DNA from: an uncultured Gammaproteobacteria bacterium
Lineage (GTDB): Bacteria > Patescibacteriota > Microgenomatia > UBA10105 > UBA927
Assembly (NCBI GenBank): GCA_964553825.1
Contig: CAZKLT010000001.1
Span: forward strand, 51,423 to 115,422
Direction: 5' to 3'
Length of the DNA stretch: 64,000 bases
A model generated the notes under the pieces. It was not told where the DNA came from, made no database searches, and saw only the letters and a list, made by a program, of their open reading frames with translations. Below, piece after piece: positions 1-9,346 of this stretch. The translations under genes and the position numbers were made by a program. Position 1 is the stretch's first letter, and each line of letters starts with the position of its first letter.

Positions 1-1671
1 AAAAGTGCTGAGCCAGGCGTTGTTTTCATGGAGCGCTATAACAAGTGGTTCAATAATTATTATTTTGAACACGTAAACTGTGTGAACCCATGCGGTGAAG
101 AAGGGCTTCCAAGCTGGGGTGTATGCAATCTCTGCTCCATAAACGTTGCAGCGTTGGTGAACGAAAAGGGAGAAATGAATTACGACAGGCTTGCCGAAGT
201 GGCGAAGATCGGCGTCCGTTTTCAAGATGACGTCATCGATGCCGATTTTTATGTTTTTGAAGAAATCCGCAAAGTGCAGCAGCAGGGTGAGCGGCGCATT
301 GGGCTGGGCACCATGGGTTTGGGTGATGCACTTATTAAGATGAAGCTGCGATACGGATCTCCTGAAAGTCTTCCGGTCATCGATAAAATTTATCGGACGA
401 TTCGGGATGCTGCTTACGAAGCGTCAGCAGAAATTGCAAAAGAGAAAGGCGCGTTTCCAAAGATTGATATCAAGAAACATTTGGAAGGATATTTCGTAAA
501 GCAGTTGCCGGAAACGGTGAAGAAGAAAATAAAAAAATACGGTGTCCGCAATAGCGTCATCCTTCAACAGGCACCGACGGGCACAACATCGCTTTTGAGC
601 GGTGTCTCAAGCGGCATCGAGCCGGTGTACGAATTTGAATTCATTCGCCGTTCCCGGTTGGGTGAGCATATTTTGCGTCATCCACTGTATGAGGCATGGT
701 ATGAGGATTTCAAAAAAACAAACGGTCGCGAACCTACTCGCGAAGAGCGGCCGGCATGGTTTGTGTCAGCCAATGATTTGACGCCTGAGGATCACGTTTA
801 TGTGCAGGCAACGATTCAGAAGTATGTAGATGCATCCATCAGTAAGACGGTAAACGCGCCGAACGGACACACCGTTGAAGACGTGAAGCGCCTGTATACA
901 CTCGCGTACGAACAGGGATGCAAGGGTATTACGTACATGAGAGAGGGGAGTCGCCAGGGTGTGCTCGAACGAAAAGAAGAACCCAAGAAAGAAGAGGCGG
1001 TGGCCAAACCGGTTGAGGTGCCGATGCCTGAAGTCAAGCCGCGCCCGATGGTTGTTCAGGGGTCGACGTATCAGGTGGAAACCCCGGTAGGACAGGCATA
1101 TGTGACCATTAATACCAATGGAGGAAACAGGCCGCTGGAGATGTTTATTAATGTCGGCAAGGCAGGAAGTGACGTAACCGCTATGGCTGAAGCCATGGGG
1201 AGACTTATCTCTCTTACTCTTCGTATGGCATCACCCATCCCTGCCATTGAGCGTGCGCATAAAATCGCAGCCGAGCTTATTGGAATTGGTGGCGCCCGCA
1301 GTATGGGCTTTGGCGAGAATAGAGTGCGCAGTCTTCCTGATGCGGTGGCAAAAGTTATCGATAGGCATTTTGGATTTTTCACCAAGCATCGATTGGAAGA
1401 GGCCGTACCGGCGGGTGCTGCCGTACATACCGATACCAAGCCAATGGAGGCCAATGGCAATGGGCATACCAATGGGAACGGGAAGTCCTTGCATGCAGAT
1501 GCACCCCAAGTGGAGCCCGCAGAGCAGCCCATGACCGTTCCGGCACAGCAAATGCTCTTCACGCAGAAGCGCATGGTGACGGTGGATCTTTGTCCAAGCT
1601 GTGGAGAGGGGAGCCTGGTCTTTGAAGAATCCTGCAAGAAGTGTTACAGCTGCGGATACTCAGAGTGTTAG
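1..1671 (+). CDS. nrdJ: Ribonucleotide reductase, class II (adenosylcobalamin-dependent), 5'-truncated by window edge
   Basis: Frame is open from nt 1 (no stop before the ATG at 28). NPCGE active-site region, C-terminal CxxC...CxxC zinc-ribbon (CPSCGEGSLVFEESCKKCYSCGY), overall RNR-like sequence. Confidence 0.85.
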   Translation, partial: KSAEPGVVFMERYNKWFNNYYFEHVNCVNPCGEEGLPSWGVCNLCSINVAALVNEKGEMNYDRLAEVAKIGVRFQDDVIDADFYVFEEIRKVQQQGERRIGLGTMGLGDALIKMKLRYGSPESLPVIDKIYRTIRDAAYEASAEIAKEKGAFPKIDIKKHLEGYFVKQLPETVKKKIKKYGVRNSVILQQAPTGTTSLLSGVSSGIEPVYEFEFIRRSRLGEHILRHPLYEAWYEDFKKTNGREPTREERPAWFVSANDLTPEDHVYVQATIQKYVDASISKTVNAPNGHTVEDVKRLYTLAYEQGCKGITYMREGSRQGVLERKEEPKKEEAVAKPVEVPMPEVKPRPMVVQGSTYQVETPVGQAYVTINTNGGNRPLEMFINVGKAGSDVTAMAEAMGRLISLTLRMASPIPAIERAHKIAAELIGIGGARSMGFGENRVRSLPDAVAKVIDRHFGFFTKHRLEEAVPAGAAVHTDTKPMEANGNGHTNGNGKSLHADAPQVEPAEQPMTVPAQQMLFTQKRMVTVDLCPSCGEGSLVFEESCKKCYSCGYSEC

Positions 1672-1677
1672 GACGCT

Positions 1678-2229
1678 ATGCCTATCTATACCCGAACCGG
1701 TGACGCCGGAAAGACAAGTCTTTTTGGGGGCAAGCGCGTCCTGAAGTGTGAAGAACTGGTCGACGCGTATGGCTCGATGGACGAGCTGAACAGCTGGGTA
1801 GGCCTAATCATTTCGGCGGCAAAACACGATCATATCCGTGAGCTTCTGACGAAAATCCAGGGAGATCTTTTTACTATCGGTGGGAATCTTGCCGGCTGGA
1901 AAACGGATTTAGCGACCCTTCCCGTTCGGGTGACGGAAATGGAGGTAGAAATTGACGCGATGGAAGCAGAGCTCCCCGCGCTTACGAATTTTATCCTTCC
2001 CGGTGGATCCGTCTCTGCTTCCTACGTTCATATCGCAAGAAGTATAACAAGACGGGTAGAAAGACAGGTCGTTGCGCTGTCCCAAAAGGAAACAGTAGAT
2101 ACGGATATCATAAAATATCTCAACCGTCTTTCTGACTTGTTTTTTATGCTCGCGCGGTTTATAAATAAGGACGATAACAAAGTGGAAACGGTTTGGTCCG
2201 GTATTCCCCGAAAAGAAACAAAAAAATAA
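1678..2229 (+). CDS. ATP:cob(I)alamin adenosyltransferase, PduO-type
   Basis: N-terminus MPIYTRTGDAGKTSLFGGKRV...DAYGSMDELNSWVG matches the PduO/MMAB adenosyltransferase signature. Lies 7 nt downstream of the B12-dependent RNR. Confidence 0.8.
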   Translation: MPIYTRTGDAGKTSLFGGKRVLKCEELVDAYGSMDELNSWVGLIISAAKHDHIRELLTKIQGDLFTIGGNLAGWKTDLATLPVRVTEMEVEIDAMEAELPALTNFILPGGSVSASYVHIARSITRRVERQVVALSQKETVDTDIIKYLNRLSDLFFMLARFINKDDNKVETVWSGIPRKETKK

Positions 2230-2389
2230 TCTTATCGGAAGCTCCGAATCCCGTGAAATTCGGGAACTGTGCCGCAACGGTAATAGTCCGGTCGCAGGCT
2301 TCTGGTATTTGCGCATCCTTCGAGTCAAAGGAGAAGCCACAAGCACCTTCTCGATTCGAGAAGGTTTTTTGTGGCAGAGAGGCAAGTAT

Positions 2390-4393
2390 ATGGGTCACGA
2401 ATGGGATCCCCAAAACGAAACAAATTATCTGGAAGAAATGCTCAATAGTGGCGTCGGGAAAGATGCGGTGTCCATAGCGCTTGCAAAGGACGCTGTTGCC
2501 TACGAGCACGAATTCATTCTCGCCCAAACACTCATTCCGTTTGACTATGAAATCAATGATCAGGGCAGATGGACCGATAGCGGCGGGAAGACCATCGAGG
2601 AATTGACTGATCCTGATGATGTCGGAGCTGACCGACTCGGCCGTGTGCTTAGGGCCGAGTCGGCGATGATGAACGATCCGTCTATAGCAATGGCTGCGGT
2701 TGCCAGTCCAGATTTGGGGTTCGGTAGGAATTACGTGTATCTTTATTCTCGCGGCGAAGGAAATGCCATACAGGCACTCGCAGTCGAGTTTCATGGCAAT
2801 GAAGATGCTCTGAAAAAATTTTTCCACGGTCTGGGAGCCGCAGGAGAAGCAGACACCTCTCAAAGTGATGATTTTGAGAAACCGCTTCTTTTTTCCCGCG
2901 CCATTACGCCCCAGGAGATTCTCGCACAGGCACAGGAAACAGTCGCACACGAAAAACAAGCTGAAGGGTATCTTACCCGTCTTTCTCGGGACGTATCCGT
3001 ATTTCCGCTTATTTTGCGGGAGCGGGAGCGGCAAGTTGAACAGATGGCGGAAATAGCGCTTGAACATATGATCGCACAGGATGATGTGCGGGAAGGCTTG
3101 GCCGCAGCAGTATACGGCGTAATCGCTCTTTCTGCAGATACGGCGCAGGATACCGCCATGCGGGTCGTAGACGATACAAAAGAAGCGTTCGTCGGTGTGA
3201 TTGACTATGTGAAACGCAGACCCCCTATAGAACAATCGATGACACTCGTGCCTCAGTATGAATCTCCGACGTATACGACACACATAGAAGAAATTGTACG
3301 GGGAGAGAATCCGGCTTTGATACCGGCGCTTACAGCCGAACCTGCAGGCGAGGACTTTGCTCGTCTGACCGAAGAGGAGCAGGTACAGGTTTGGAATGAA
3401 ACGGTACAAGACGTGTTGTCCGTTCCCGAACAGACCGCTCAGCAGATGGCAGCGGAGGTGGTGCAGATTTGGGAAATTACATCCCGGGCAAGAGAAGTAC
3501 TGGAAGTAGCCACAGAGGTATTTGATCAAATACCGGACGTATGCGTACCGGCAGGACTTTTTATGCTGGACGTCCTTGCCATGCAACCGCATGAAGGAGG
3601 CTTGGGAGAGGGAGTTTTCCTGATACCACCCGAAATGGCCCCGGTCGTGTCAGCAGAAACAGCGTCTCAAAAAGGGATACCAGAGCAGATTACTGTTTGG
3701 CATAAGGATATTCCTAATGACTCTTTGGAAGTGGCGCTATCTTTTATTGCCAGTGAGGCAAACGGAAAAGAAAAAACATTTGCACCTGAGCGGCTTTTGC
3801 GCATTGCCGATTCTGTGGATGTGTATACGCTGACGGAAACGGTGGCGTTTGTTAAAACTATCGATACGCTTTCGCTTGCGGAACAAAAAAATGCAATCGC
3901 TCACGAGAAAGCATCGACGGGAGAGAAAATACTATTTCTTACCGGAGAGATTCAAAGAATAATCGTCGGAACGAACCCAGAAACGTTTTCGGCCACAAAA
4001 ACAAAAGAGGAGGCAGAGAAAAAAGAGGTATCTCAATTCTCCCTTGCGGTCGGCCTTTGGCTTATGTTGAAACTTATGAATTATTACTCCGCGCTCTCTT
4101 CCCTCGAGGGCTTCGTCGCCGGTCTGACACTGGGGAAGAACAGATTCGGTCATTCTCAAAACCATGGGTTATTGAGGCATATCTCAGAAGACGGTAAAGC
4201 AGAAGTCCTGGTGCAGCGGGAGTCGGGACAGTGGCTTCTTCTTTCGATCATTTGGCATCTGGCAATGATTCGTGAACAAGGAATGCAGACGACAAAAACC
4301 AATACCGGGAAGAAAAAGACAGTAAAAAAAACCATTGTCGCAAATATGCCGATTATGCCACTCTATGGCGTCATATTTGCCTATGGTTCGTGA
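2390..4393 (+). CDS. Hypothetical large acidic protein with C-terminal hydrophobic segment
   Basis: Long ORF. The track start at 2309 is TTG. The ATG at 2390 is preceded by AGAGAGG at 7 nt spacing. No family motif recognised. C-terminal region has two hydrophobic stretches (FSLAVGLWLMLKLMNYY, WLLLSIIWHLAMI). Confidence 0.5.
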   Translation: MGHEWDPQNETNYLEEMLNSGVGKDAVSIALAKDAVAYEHEFILAQTLIPFDYEINDQGRWTDSGGKTIEELTDPDDVGADRLGRVLRAESAMMNDPSIAMAAVASPDLGFGRNYVYLYSRGEGNAIQALAVEFHGNEDALKKFFHGLGAAGEADTSQSDDFEKPLLFSRAITPQEILAQAQETVAHEKQAEGYLTRLSRDVSVFPLILRERERQVEQMAEIALEHMIAQDDVREGLAAAVYGVIALSADTAQDTAMRVVDDTKEAFVGVIDYVKRRPPIEQSMTLVPQYESPTYTTHIEEIVRGENPALIPALTAEPAGEDFARLTEEEQVQVWNETVQDVLSVPEQTAQQMAAEVVQIWEITSRAREVLEVATEVFDQIPDVCVPAGLFMLDVLAMQPHEGGLGEGVFLIPPEMAPVVSAETASQKGIPEQITVWHKDIPNDSLEVALSFIASEANGKEKTFAPERLLRIADSVDVYTLTETVAFVKTIDTLSLAEQKNAIAHEKASTGEKILFLTGEIQRIIVGTNPETFSATKTKEEAEKKEVSQFSLAVGLWLMLKLMNYYSALSSLEGFVAGLTLGKNRFGHSQNHGLLRHISEDGKAEVLVQRESGQWLLLSIIWHLAMIREQGMQTTKTNTGKKKTVKKTIVANMPIMPLYGVIFAYGS

Positions 4394-4405
4394 TATGATA
4401 CTTCT

Positions 4406-4849
4406 ATGACTAATCTGCCCGCAGATACGAGTGTAACTGATGCACAAACGACTCAGTCGACACCGCCCGTTTCCCCGGTAACGCCGTCGGGGAATAAGGA
4501 AATGGTTGGCGGTACGATTGACGCCAAAGAAGGCCTTATCGATGTTACCGGTCAGGAAATGGCGCTACCCAAGGAAGTCGCTTCAGCGGGAGTGCACATG
4601 CAGCCAACGACGATTCCGATCCCTCCCCCGGTAGCGCAGCTGGGCGTAAAACCGGCAGGACCCAACGTGCCCGTATCGCCAACACCCACAGTGACGCTTC
4701 CTATTTCAGATGACCAGATCGCACAGGGACTTACATTGAGTGTAACCGAGTCATGGAGATGGCTTTCCGAGTGGTGTGTCAAGCGGTTGAAACAGCTACA
4801 TGTCGGCATTCAGACGGTCGGCGGGAAAATAATCCGGGTAAAAATTTAA
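4406..4849 (+). CDS. Hypothetical Pro/Thr-rich protein
   Basis: ATG start 13 nt after the previous stop. Low-complexity P/T/V-rich sequence, no signal peptide seen. The coding call rests only on ORF length and operon context. Confidence 0.4.
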   Translation: MTNLPADTSVTDAQTTQSTPPVSPVTPSGNKEMVGGTIDAKEGLIDVTGQEMALPKEVASAGVHMQPTTIPIPPPVAQLGVKPAGPNVPVSPTPTVTLPISDDQIAQGLTLSVTESWRWLSEWCVKRLKQLHVGIQTVGGKIIRVKI

Positions 4850-4853
4850 TCGT

Positions 4854-7202
4854 ATGCAGGATCAATTACTTGATGGTGTTTATAGACTTGAAGTAATAGG
4901 AATAAGCGTTTTGCTCATGCTGTTTTTTTTGGGCGGGCTTTTTTTGGTGGGCTATATTCTGTTTCTTATGTGGAAATACAGAAACAGGGAAGAACACTCG
5001 CTTGAGACGGTGCTTCTTCAGATTGCCGTGCCCCGCGATAACGAAATTAAGATTGACGCCGCAGAACAGATGTTTTCAAGTCTTCACAGCATCGCACATG
5101 GAGATTTTTGGTCCTTTCTCAAGCCGCAGGAGCATTTGTCCTTTGAGATCGTGGCGCGGCCGGAAGACATTCGATTTTATGTTGCGGTCCCCAAGAAGCT
5201 CACCGACCTCGTCGAGAAGCAAATTCATGGAGCATATCCGGGAGCAGACATTCGGCAGGTAGAGGAATATGCGCTCTTTTCTGAGACCGGTAAAGTGGCT
5301 TTTGCCGCATTGTGTCTCGGAGGCGCGGATTATCAGCCGCTTCGTGTTTTTCGTGATCTTCCCACCGATCCGTTGTCTTCCATAACATCCGTTTTGGCCA
5401 AAATGCGTCCCGGGGAAGCTGCCGTTGTTCAGATATTGGTTCAGCCGGCAAATGATAAATGGCGGGGGCTTGGCAGATCATATATATCGAAAGTAAAGAA
5501 AAATGAAGCAAACCCCGATAAGGCAAGCTTTTCCGTAGATCCCAAGACACTGGAAGCCATTGAGCAGAAGGTAAGTAAGCCAGGATTTAACACCGTTATT
5601 CGGTGTGTGGTGTCGGCGGAAACGAAAGAAAACGCGCAGATGCATCTGGATAATCTATTGACTAGTTTCAGCCAGTTCTCATCCGACCATAATCACTTTA
5701 CGAAAGTAAAAATGCCATTCAAGCAGTTGTTTATGATGGACTTCATTTATCGGTATTTTCCGATTATGAATGTACCGCTTTTTCGCCAATTCAGCGTCAT
5801 GAACAGTGATGAGTTGGCAAGCGTATTTCATCTCCCGAATAAATCAATCGAAACTGCGCATATTTACTGGCTGAATGCAAAGCGGGCACCGGCACCCTCG
5901 CAAATTCCCATGAGCGGTCTGTATTTGGGTAAGTCCCGGTACCGTGGTGTAGAGCGGCCGATTTTCATTGGTGAGGATGACAGAAGAAGGCATATGTACG
6001 TCATCGGGAAAACAGGCACCGGCAAATCACAGTTATTAGAAGAAATGATTATTCAGGATATCAATGAAGGAAAGGGGATCGCCGTTGTCGATCCTCATGG
6101 TGATCTTATTGATGGTATCCTTGCGCGCATGCCCGCGTCCCGCGCAGAAGACGTAATTTATTTTGACCCGTCTGACCTTGAGCGGCCGATGGGGCTCAAC
6201 ATGCTTGAAGCCAAAACAGAAGAGCAAAAACATTTCGTGGTTACCTCCATTGTCGGTCTTATGTATAAGCTGTATGACCCGATGAAAACCGGTATCATCG
6301 GGCCCCGATTCGAACACGCGATTCGAAACGCCATGTTAACGGTTATGGTGGAGCCAGGCAACACGTTTGTGGAAGTAGTGCGTGTGTTAACGGACAGCGC
6401 ATTTGTGCAGGAGCTTTTGCCGAAGCTGCAGGATCCGATTATCCGTCGGTATTGGACTGATCAGATTGCGCAGACAGCTGACTTTCATAAATCTGAGGTG
6501 CTTGATTATATCGTTTCCAAATTCGGCCGATTTGTCACCAATAAACTCATGCGTAATATCATCGGCCAATCCCAATCGTCATTTGATTTCCGCAAAGTAA
6601 TGGATGACGGGAAAATTTTACTGGTCAATCTTGCCAAGGGAAAAATTGGGGAAGAGAACAGTAACTTCCTGGGACTTATTCTGGTGCCGCGCATTCTTAT
6701 ATCCGCTATGAGTCGTCAGGAAATTCCGGAAAGTCAGCGCCGAGATTTCTACTTGTATGTCGATGAATTTCAGAACTTTGCGACACCCGATTTCGCACAA
6801 ATTCTTTCAGAAGCCAGAAAATACCGCCTCAACCTTATCGTAGCGAATCAATTCATCGGTCAAATGGAAGAAGAGGTGAAAAACGCCGTGTTTGGGAATG
6901 TCGGAACCGTTGTTTCGTTCCGCGTTGGTGTTACCGATGCCAACTATCTCCAGCATGAATTCCAGCCGACGTTTAATGAAGCAGATCTTATCAATATCGA
7001 CAAATTCAATGCTTATATAAAGACCAGCGTCAGAAATGAACCGGTTAAACCATTTAGCATGGACTTAACGAAAGACATGACGAAAGTAAATGCTGCAAAA
7101 AATCCAAAAGTGTCCGAGGCAATCATCCAATTATCGCGATTGAAATTCGGCCGATCAAGAGAATTGGTCGAGGCAGAGATTGCACATCGTGCGCGATTGT
7201 AA
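4854..7202 (+). CDS. Type IV secretion coupling protein-like ATPase (VirD4/TraG/TraD family), membrane-anchored
   Basis: N-terminal transmembrane helix pair. Walker A IGKTGTGKS. C-terminal block YVDEFQNFATPDF...RKYRLNLIVANQFIGQ...FGNVGTVVSFRV resembles the TraG-D_C / TrwB C-terminal region (DEF Walker B, Q-rich sensor). Confidence 0.6.
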   Translation: MQDQLLDGVYRLEVIGISVLLMLFFLGGLFLVGYILFLMWKYRNREEHSLETVLLQIAVPRDNEIKIDAAEQMFSSLHSIAHGDFWSFLKPQEHLSFEIVARPEDIRFYVAVPKKLTDLVEKQIHGAYPGADIRQVEEYALFSETGKVAFAALCLGGADYQPLRVFRDLPTDPLSSITSVLAKMRPGEAAVVQILVQPANDKWRGLGRSYISKVKKNEANPDKASFSVDPKTLEAIEQKVSKPGFNTVIRCVVSAETKENAQMHLDNLLTSFSQFSSDHNHFTKVKMPFKQLFMMDFIYRYFPIMNVPLFRQFSVMNSDELASVFHLPNKSIETAHIYWLNAKRAPAPSQIPMSGLYLGKSRYRGVERPIFIGEDDRRRHMYVIGKTGTGKSQLLEEMIIQDINEGKGIAVVDPHGDLIDGILARMPASRAEDVIYFDPSDLERPMGLNMLEAKTEEQKHFVVTSIVGLMYKLYDPMKTGIIGPRFEHAIRNAMLTVMVEPGNTFVEVVRVLTDSAFVQELLPKLQDPIIRRYWTDQIAQTADFHKSEVLDYIVSKFGRFVTNKLMRNIIGQSQSSFDFRKVMDDGKILLVNLAKGKIGEENSNFLGLILVPRILISAMSRQEIPESQRRDFYLYVDEFQNFATPDFAQILSEARKYRLNLIVANQFIGQMEEEVKNAVFGNVGTVVSFRVGVTDANYLQHEFQPTFNEADLINIDKFNAYIKTSVRNEPVKPFSMDLTKDMTKVNAAKNPKVSEAIIQLSRLKFGRSRELVEAEIAHRARL

Positions 7203-7267
7203 TCTGCCTCTTTACATACCTGTAGAAAAAGGTATTCTCCTAATATAGCCAAAAAATAAATATCTTC

Positions 7268-8665
7268 ATGGATATATCTTCCGGACCCACAGGGGCAGCA
7301 AAATTGCCAGAAAAAATAGTCTACTTTTTTAATATGTCTGAGGACGTATGGCCCTTTATCAGCGCCATGTCCGACAAGAAGAGCCGTACCAGCGAAATTC
7401 AGGAGAATGTATTTCTTGCAGACATGCGGTTATTTCAATTTTGCGCGGAGGATGATCATCTCTTTTTCATTTGTCCGCAGGGAGTAAGTCCCGAATTTCT
7501 TGATTACTTCCAGAGTTTGTTCGGAATTAAACATATAACCATCATCACGATGACACATCATACCGGATCACTGTGCGACGATATTCTGAATGACGAAACC
7601 ATAATGAAGAAATTGATAGAAATTGCCAATTCCACGAGACGATTGACGGTTACCAGTTATGCGACGACACCTGAATTCCTTCATTTGATGCGGGAACTGC
7701 GTAACCGGGGCCTGACGATTTACGCGCCGGAGTCGCCGGAGGAAGAAGACGGATGGACGGTGAATTTCTACGGAAGCAAATCAGGGATACGACAACTGGC
7801 ACAACAAAGTCAGAATGTCGAGCCGGATTTTAAGATGGCTGAAGGATTGATATGCGTCGGCATTGAGGACGCAGCGAAGATCGCCGCCAAACGATATGTC
7901 AAAGAAAACGGAGTGGTGATCAAGACCAATAAGGGACACGCGGGGATGGGCGTTCTTCTCTTTCGTCCGGGCGATCTTCCGCAGGATTATTTATCCTGTG
8001 AGCAAATGATACTCAGGGTCCTGGAGAAGGAAGCGTATTGGAGTAAATTTCCGATCATCGTGGAAGATTTTATCCAAATACAAACTTCTATCGGCGGCGG
8101 CTGTCCCAACGTGGAGTTTAAGATTCTGAAAAACGGGAGAGTAGAGTTTCTTTATTATTGTGGCATGCGCATGACTGCGGACGGCATCTTTAAGGGTGTT
8201 GAAATTCATAATGAAGTAGTCAGCGATCGCATTGCCGCACAAATGGTAGATACCGGTTTTTTTGTGGGAGAGCGGTATGCAGCAGCAGGATATAGGGGAT
8301 ATTATGATCTTGATTTTGTGGCCGGAAGAAACGGTCAACTGTTTGTGACGGAGTCGAATGTTCGGACAACGGGAGGAACGTTTGTGTACACGACGGCGTT
8401 AAAACTTTTCGGGAAAGATTTTATGTATATCACCAATGTACTGTCAAATAACAGTTACGATATTTCCCATCTTGGGCATCAGACATTTTCCCAAATTCAG
8501 GAAAAACTCCGTCCCATATTATTTAATAAATCGACGCAGGAAGGAGTATTAACAGTTTCTGAGAACTTGCTTCGAATGGATAAACTGGCGTACATTATAT
8601 TCGGTAAAACGAAAAAACGAGCCTACGATATTGAGGCAGAGATGGAATCGCTTCTGAAAGTCTAA
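7268..8665 (+). CDS. ATP-grasp fold protein (predicted ligase), function unknown
   Basis: Motifs KTNKGHAGMGV (phosphate-binding loop-like), EDFIQ, and DLDFV....LFVTESNVR (ATP-grasp Mg/ATP site E-x-N-like). Family assignment is tentative. Confidence 0.4.
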   Translation: MDISSGPTGAAKLPEKIVYFFNMSEDVWPFISAMSDKKSRTSEIQENVFLADMRLFQFCAEDDHLFFICPQGVSPEFLDYFQSLFGIKHITIITMTHHTGSLCDDILNDETIMKKLIEIANSTRRLTVTSYATTPEFLHLMRELRNRGLTIYAPESPEEEDGWTVNFYGSKSGIRQLAQQSQNVEPDFKMAEGLICVGIEDAAKIAAKRYVKENGVVIKTNKGHAGMGVLLFRPGDLPQDYLSCEQMILRVLEKEAYWSKFPIIVEDFIQIQTSIGGGCPNVEFKILKNGRVEFLYYCGMRMTADGIFKGVEIHNEVVSDRIAAQMVDTGFFVGERYAAAGYRGYYDLDFVAGRNGQLFVTESNVRTTGGTFVYTTALKLFGKDFMYITNVLSNNSYDISHLGHQTFSQIQEKLRPILFNKSTQEGVLTVSENLLRMDKLAYIIFGKTKKRAYDIEAEMESLLKV

Positions 8666-8748
8666 TCCCCACGTTTGATATAATACGTCTACTATTGCTT
8701 CCGAACAAAGATCACTGGAAAGAAGTCGTAGGTGTTTCGTCCCAGAAG

Positions 8749-8820
8749 GCGTCCGTAGCTCAGCGGTAGAGCGATTGTCTTATACACAATTGGTCGGTGG
8801 TTCGAATCCATCCGGACGCA
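8749..8820 (+). tRNA. tRNA with anticodon UAU (decodes AUA; isoleucine by anticodon), no encoded CCA
   Basis: Manual cloverleaf: acceptor GCGTCCG/CGGACGC, D-stem GCTC/GAGC, anticodon stem ATTGT/ACAAT with loop CTTATAC (U33, anticodon TAT at 8781-8783, A37), T-arm GGTGG-TTCGAAT-CCATC, discriminator A. Confidence 0.8.
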
Positions 8821-8821
8821 C

Positions 8822-9346
8822 ATGGAATTAGTTGTTCTTGTTGACGAAGACGATAATCCTATCGGAACGGCACCGAAGGATACTGTGCATACGCAAAATA
8901 CACCGCTTCATCGCGCATTTTCCGTATTTCTTTTTGATAAAAAAAACAGACTGCTTCTCACCAAGCGTTCACTGAAGAAAAAAACATTTCCCGGAGTTTG
9001 GACGAATACGGTTTGTGGTCATGTTGGACCAGATGAAACCGTTATTTCCGCCGCAACCCGGAGACTAAAAGAGGAGTTAGGCATAACTGAAATAGCCGTA
9101 AGACTCGTCGCTCCGTATAGGTATACGTTTACGGATGTGCATGGAATCATGGAAAATGAAATCTGTCCGATTCTTGTCGGATACTTTGACGGTGACCCTA
9201 TTGTCAACCCGTCTGAAATAGACGACTGGAAGCGGGTAGACTGGCATGCTTTTTTGGAAGAAATTAAAGCCAATCCTGGTACGTACTCCCCGTGGAGCGA
9301 ACAAGAGGCGCTTATACTTCAACAGACAGATCCGGCACTGCGGTAA
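8822..9346 (+). CDS. idi: Isopentenyl-diphosphate delta-isomerase, type 1 (Nudix)
   Basis: LHRAFSVFLF...LLLTKRSLKKKTFPGVWTNTVCGHVGPDE matches the IDI-1 signature (Cys and Nudix-like region). Confidence 0.8.
   Translation: MELVVLVDEDDNPIGTAPKDTVHTQNTPLHRAFSVFLFDKKNRLLLTKRSLKKKTFPGVWTNTVCGHVGPDETVISAATRRLKEELGITEIAVRLVAPYRYTFTDVHGIMENEICPILVGYFDGDPIVNPSEIDDWKRVDWHAFLEEIKANPGTYSPWSEQEALILQQTDPALR

Noticed and set aside
2159-3592. 477-aa minus-strand ORF covering the PduO 3' end and the first half of the 2390-4393 gene
   Set aside because: It is Cys/Arg/Phe-rich and low-complexity, and lies antisense to two co-directional plus-strand genes with good starts. Judged a shadow ORF.
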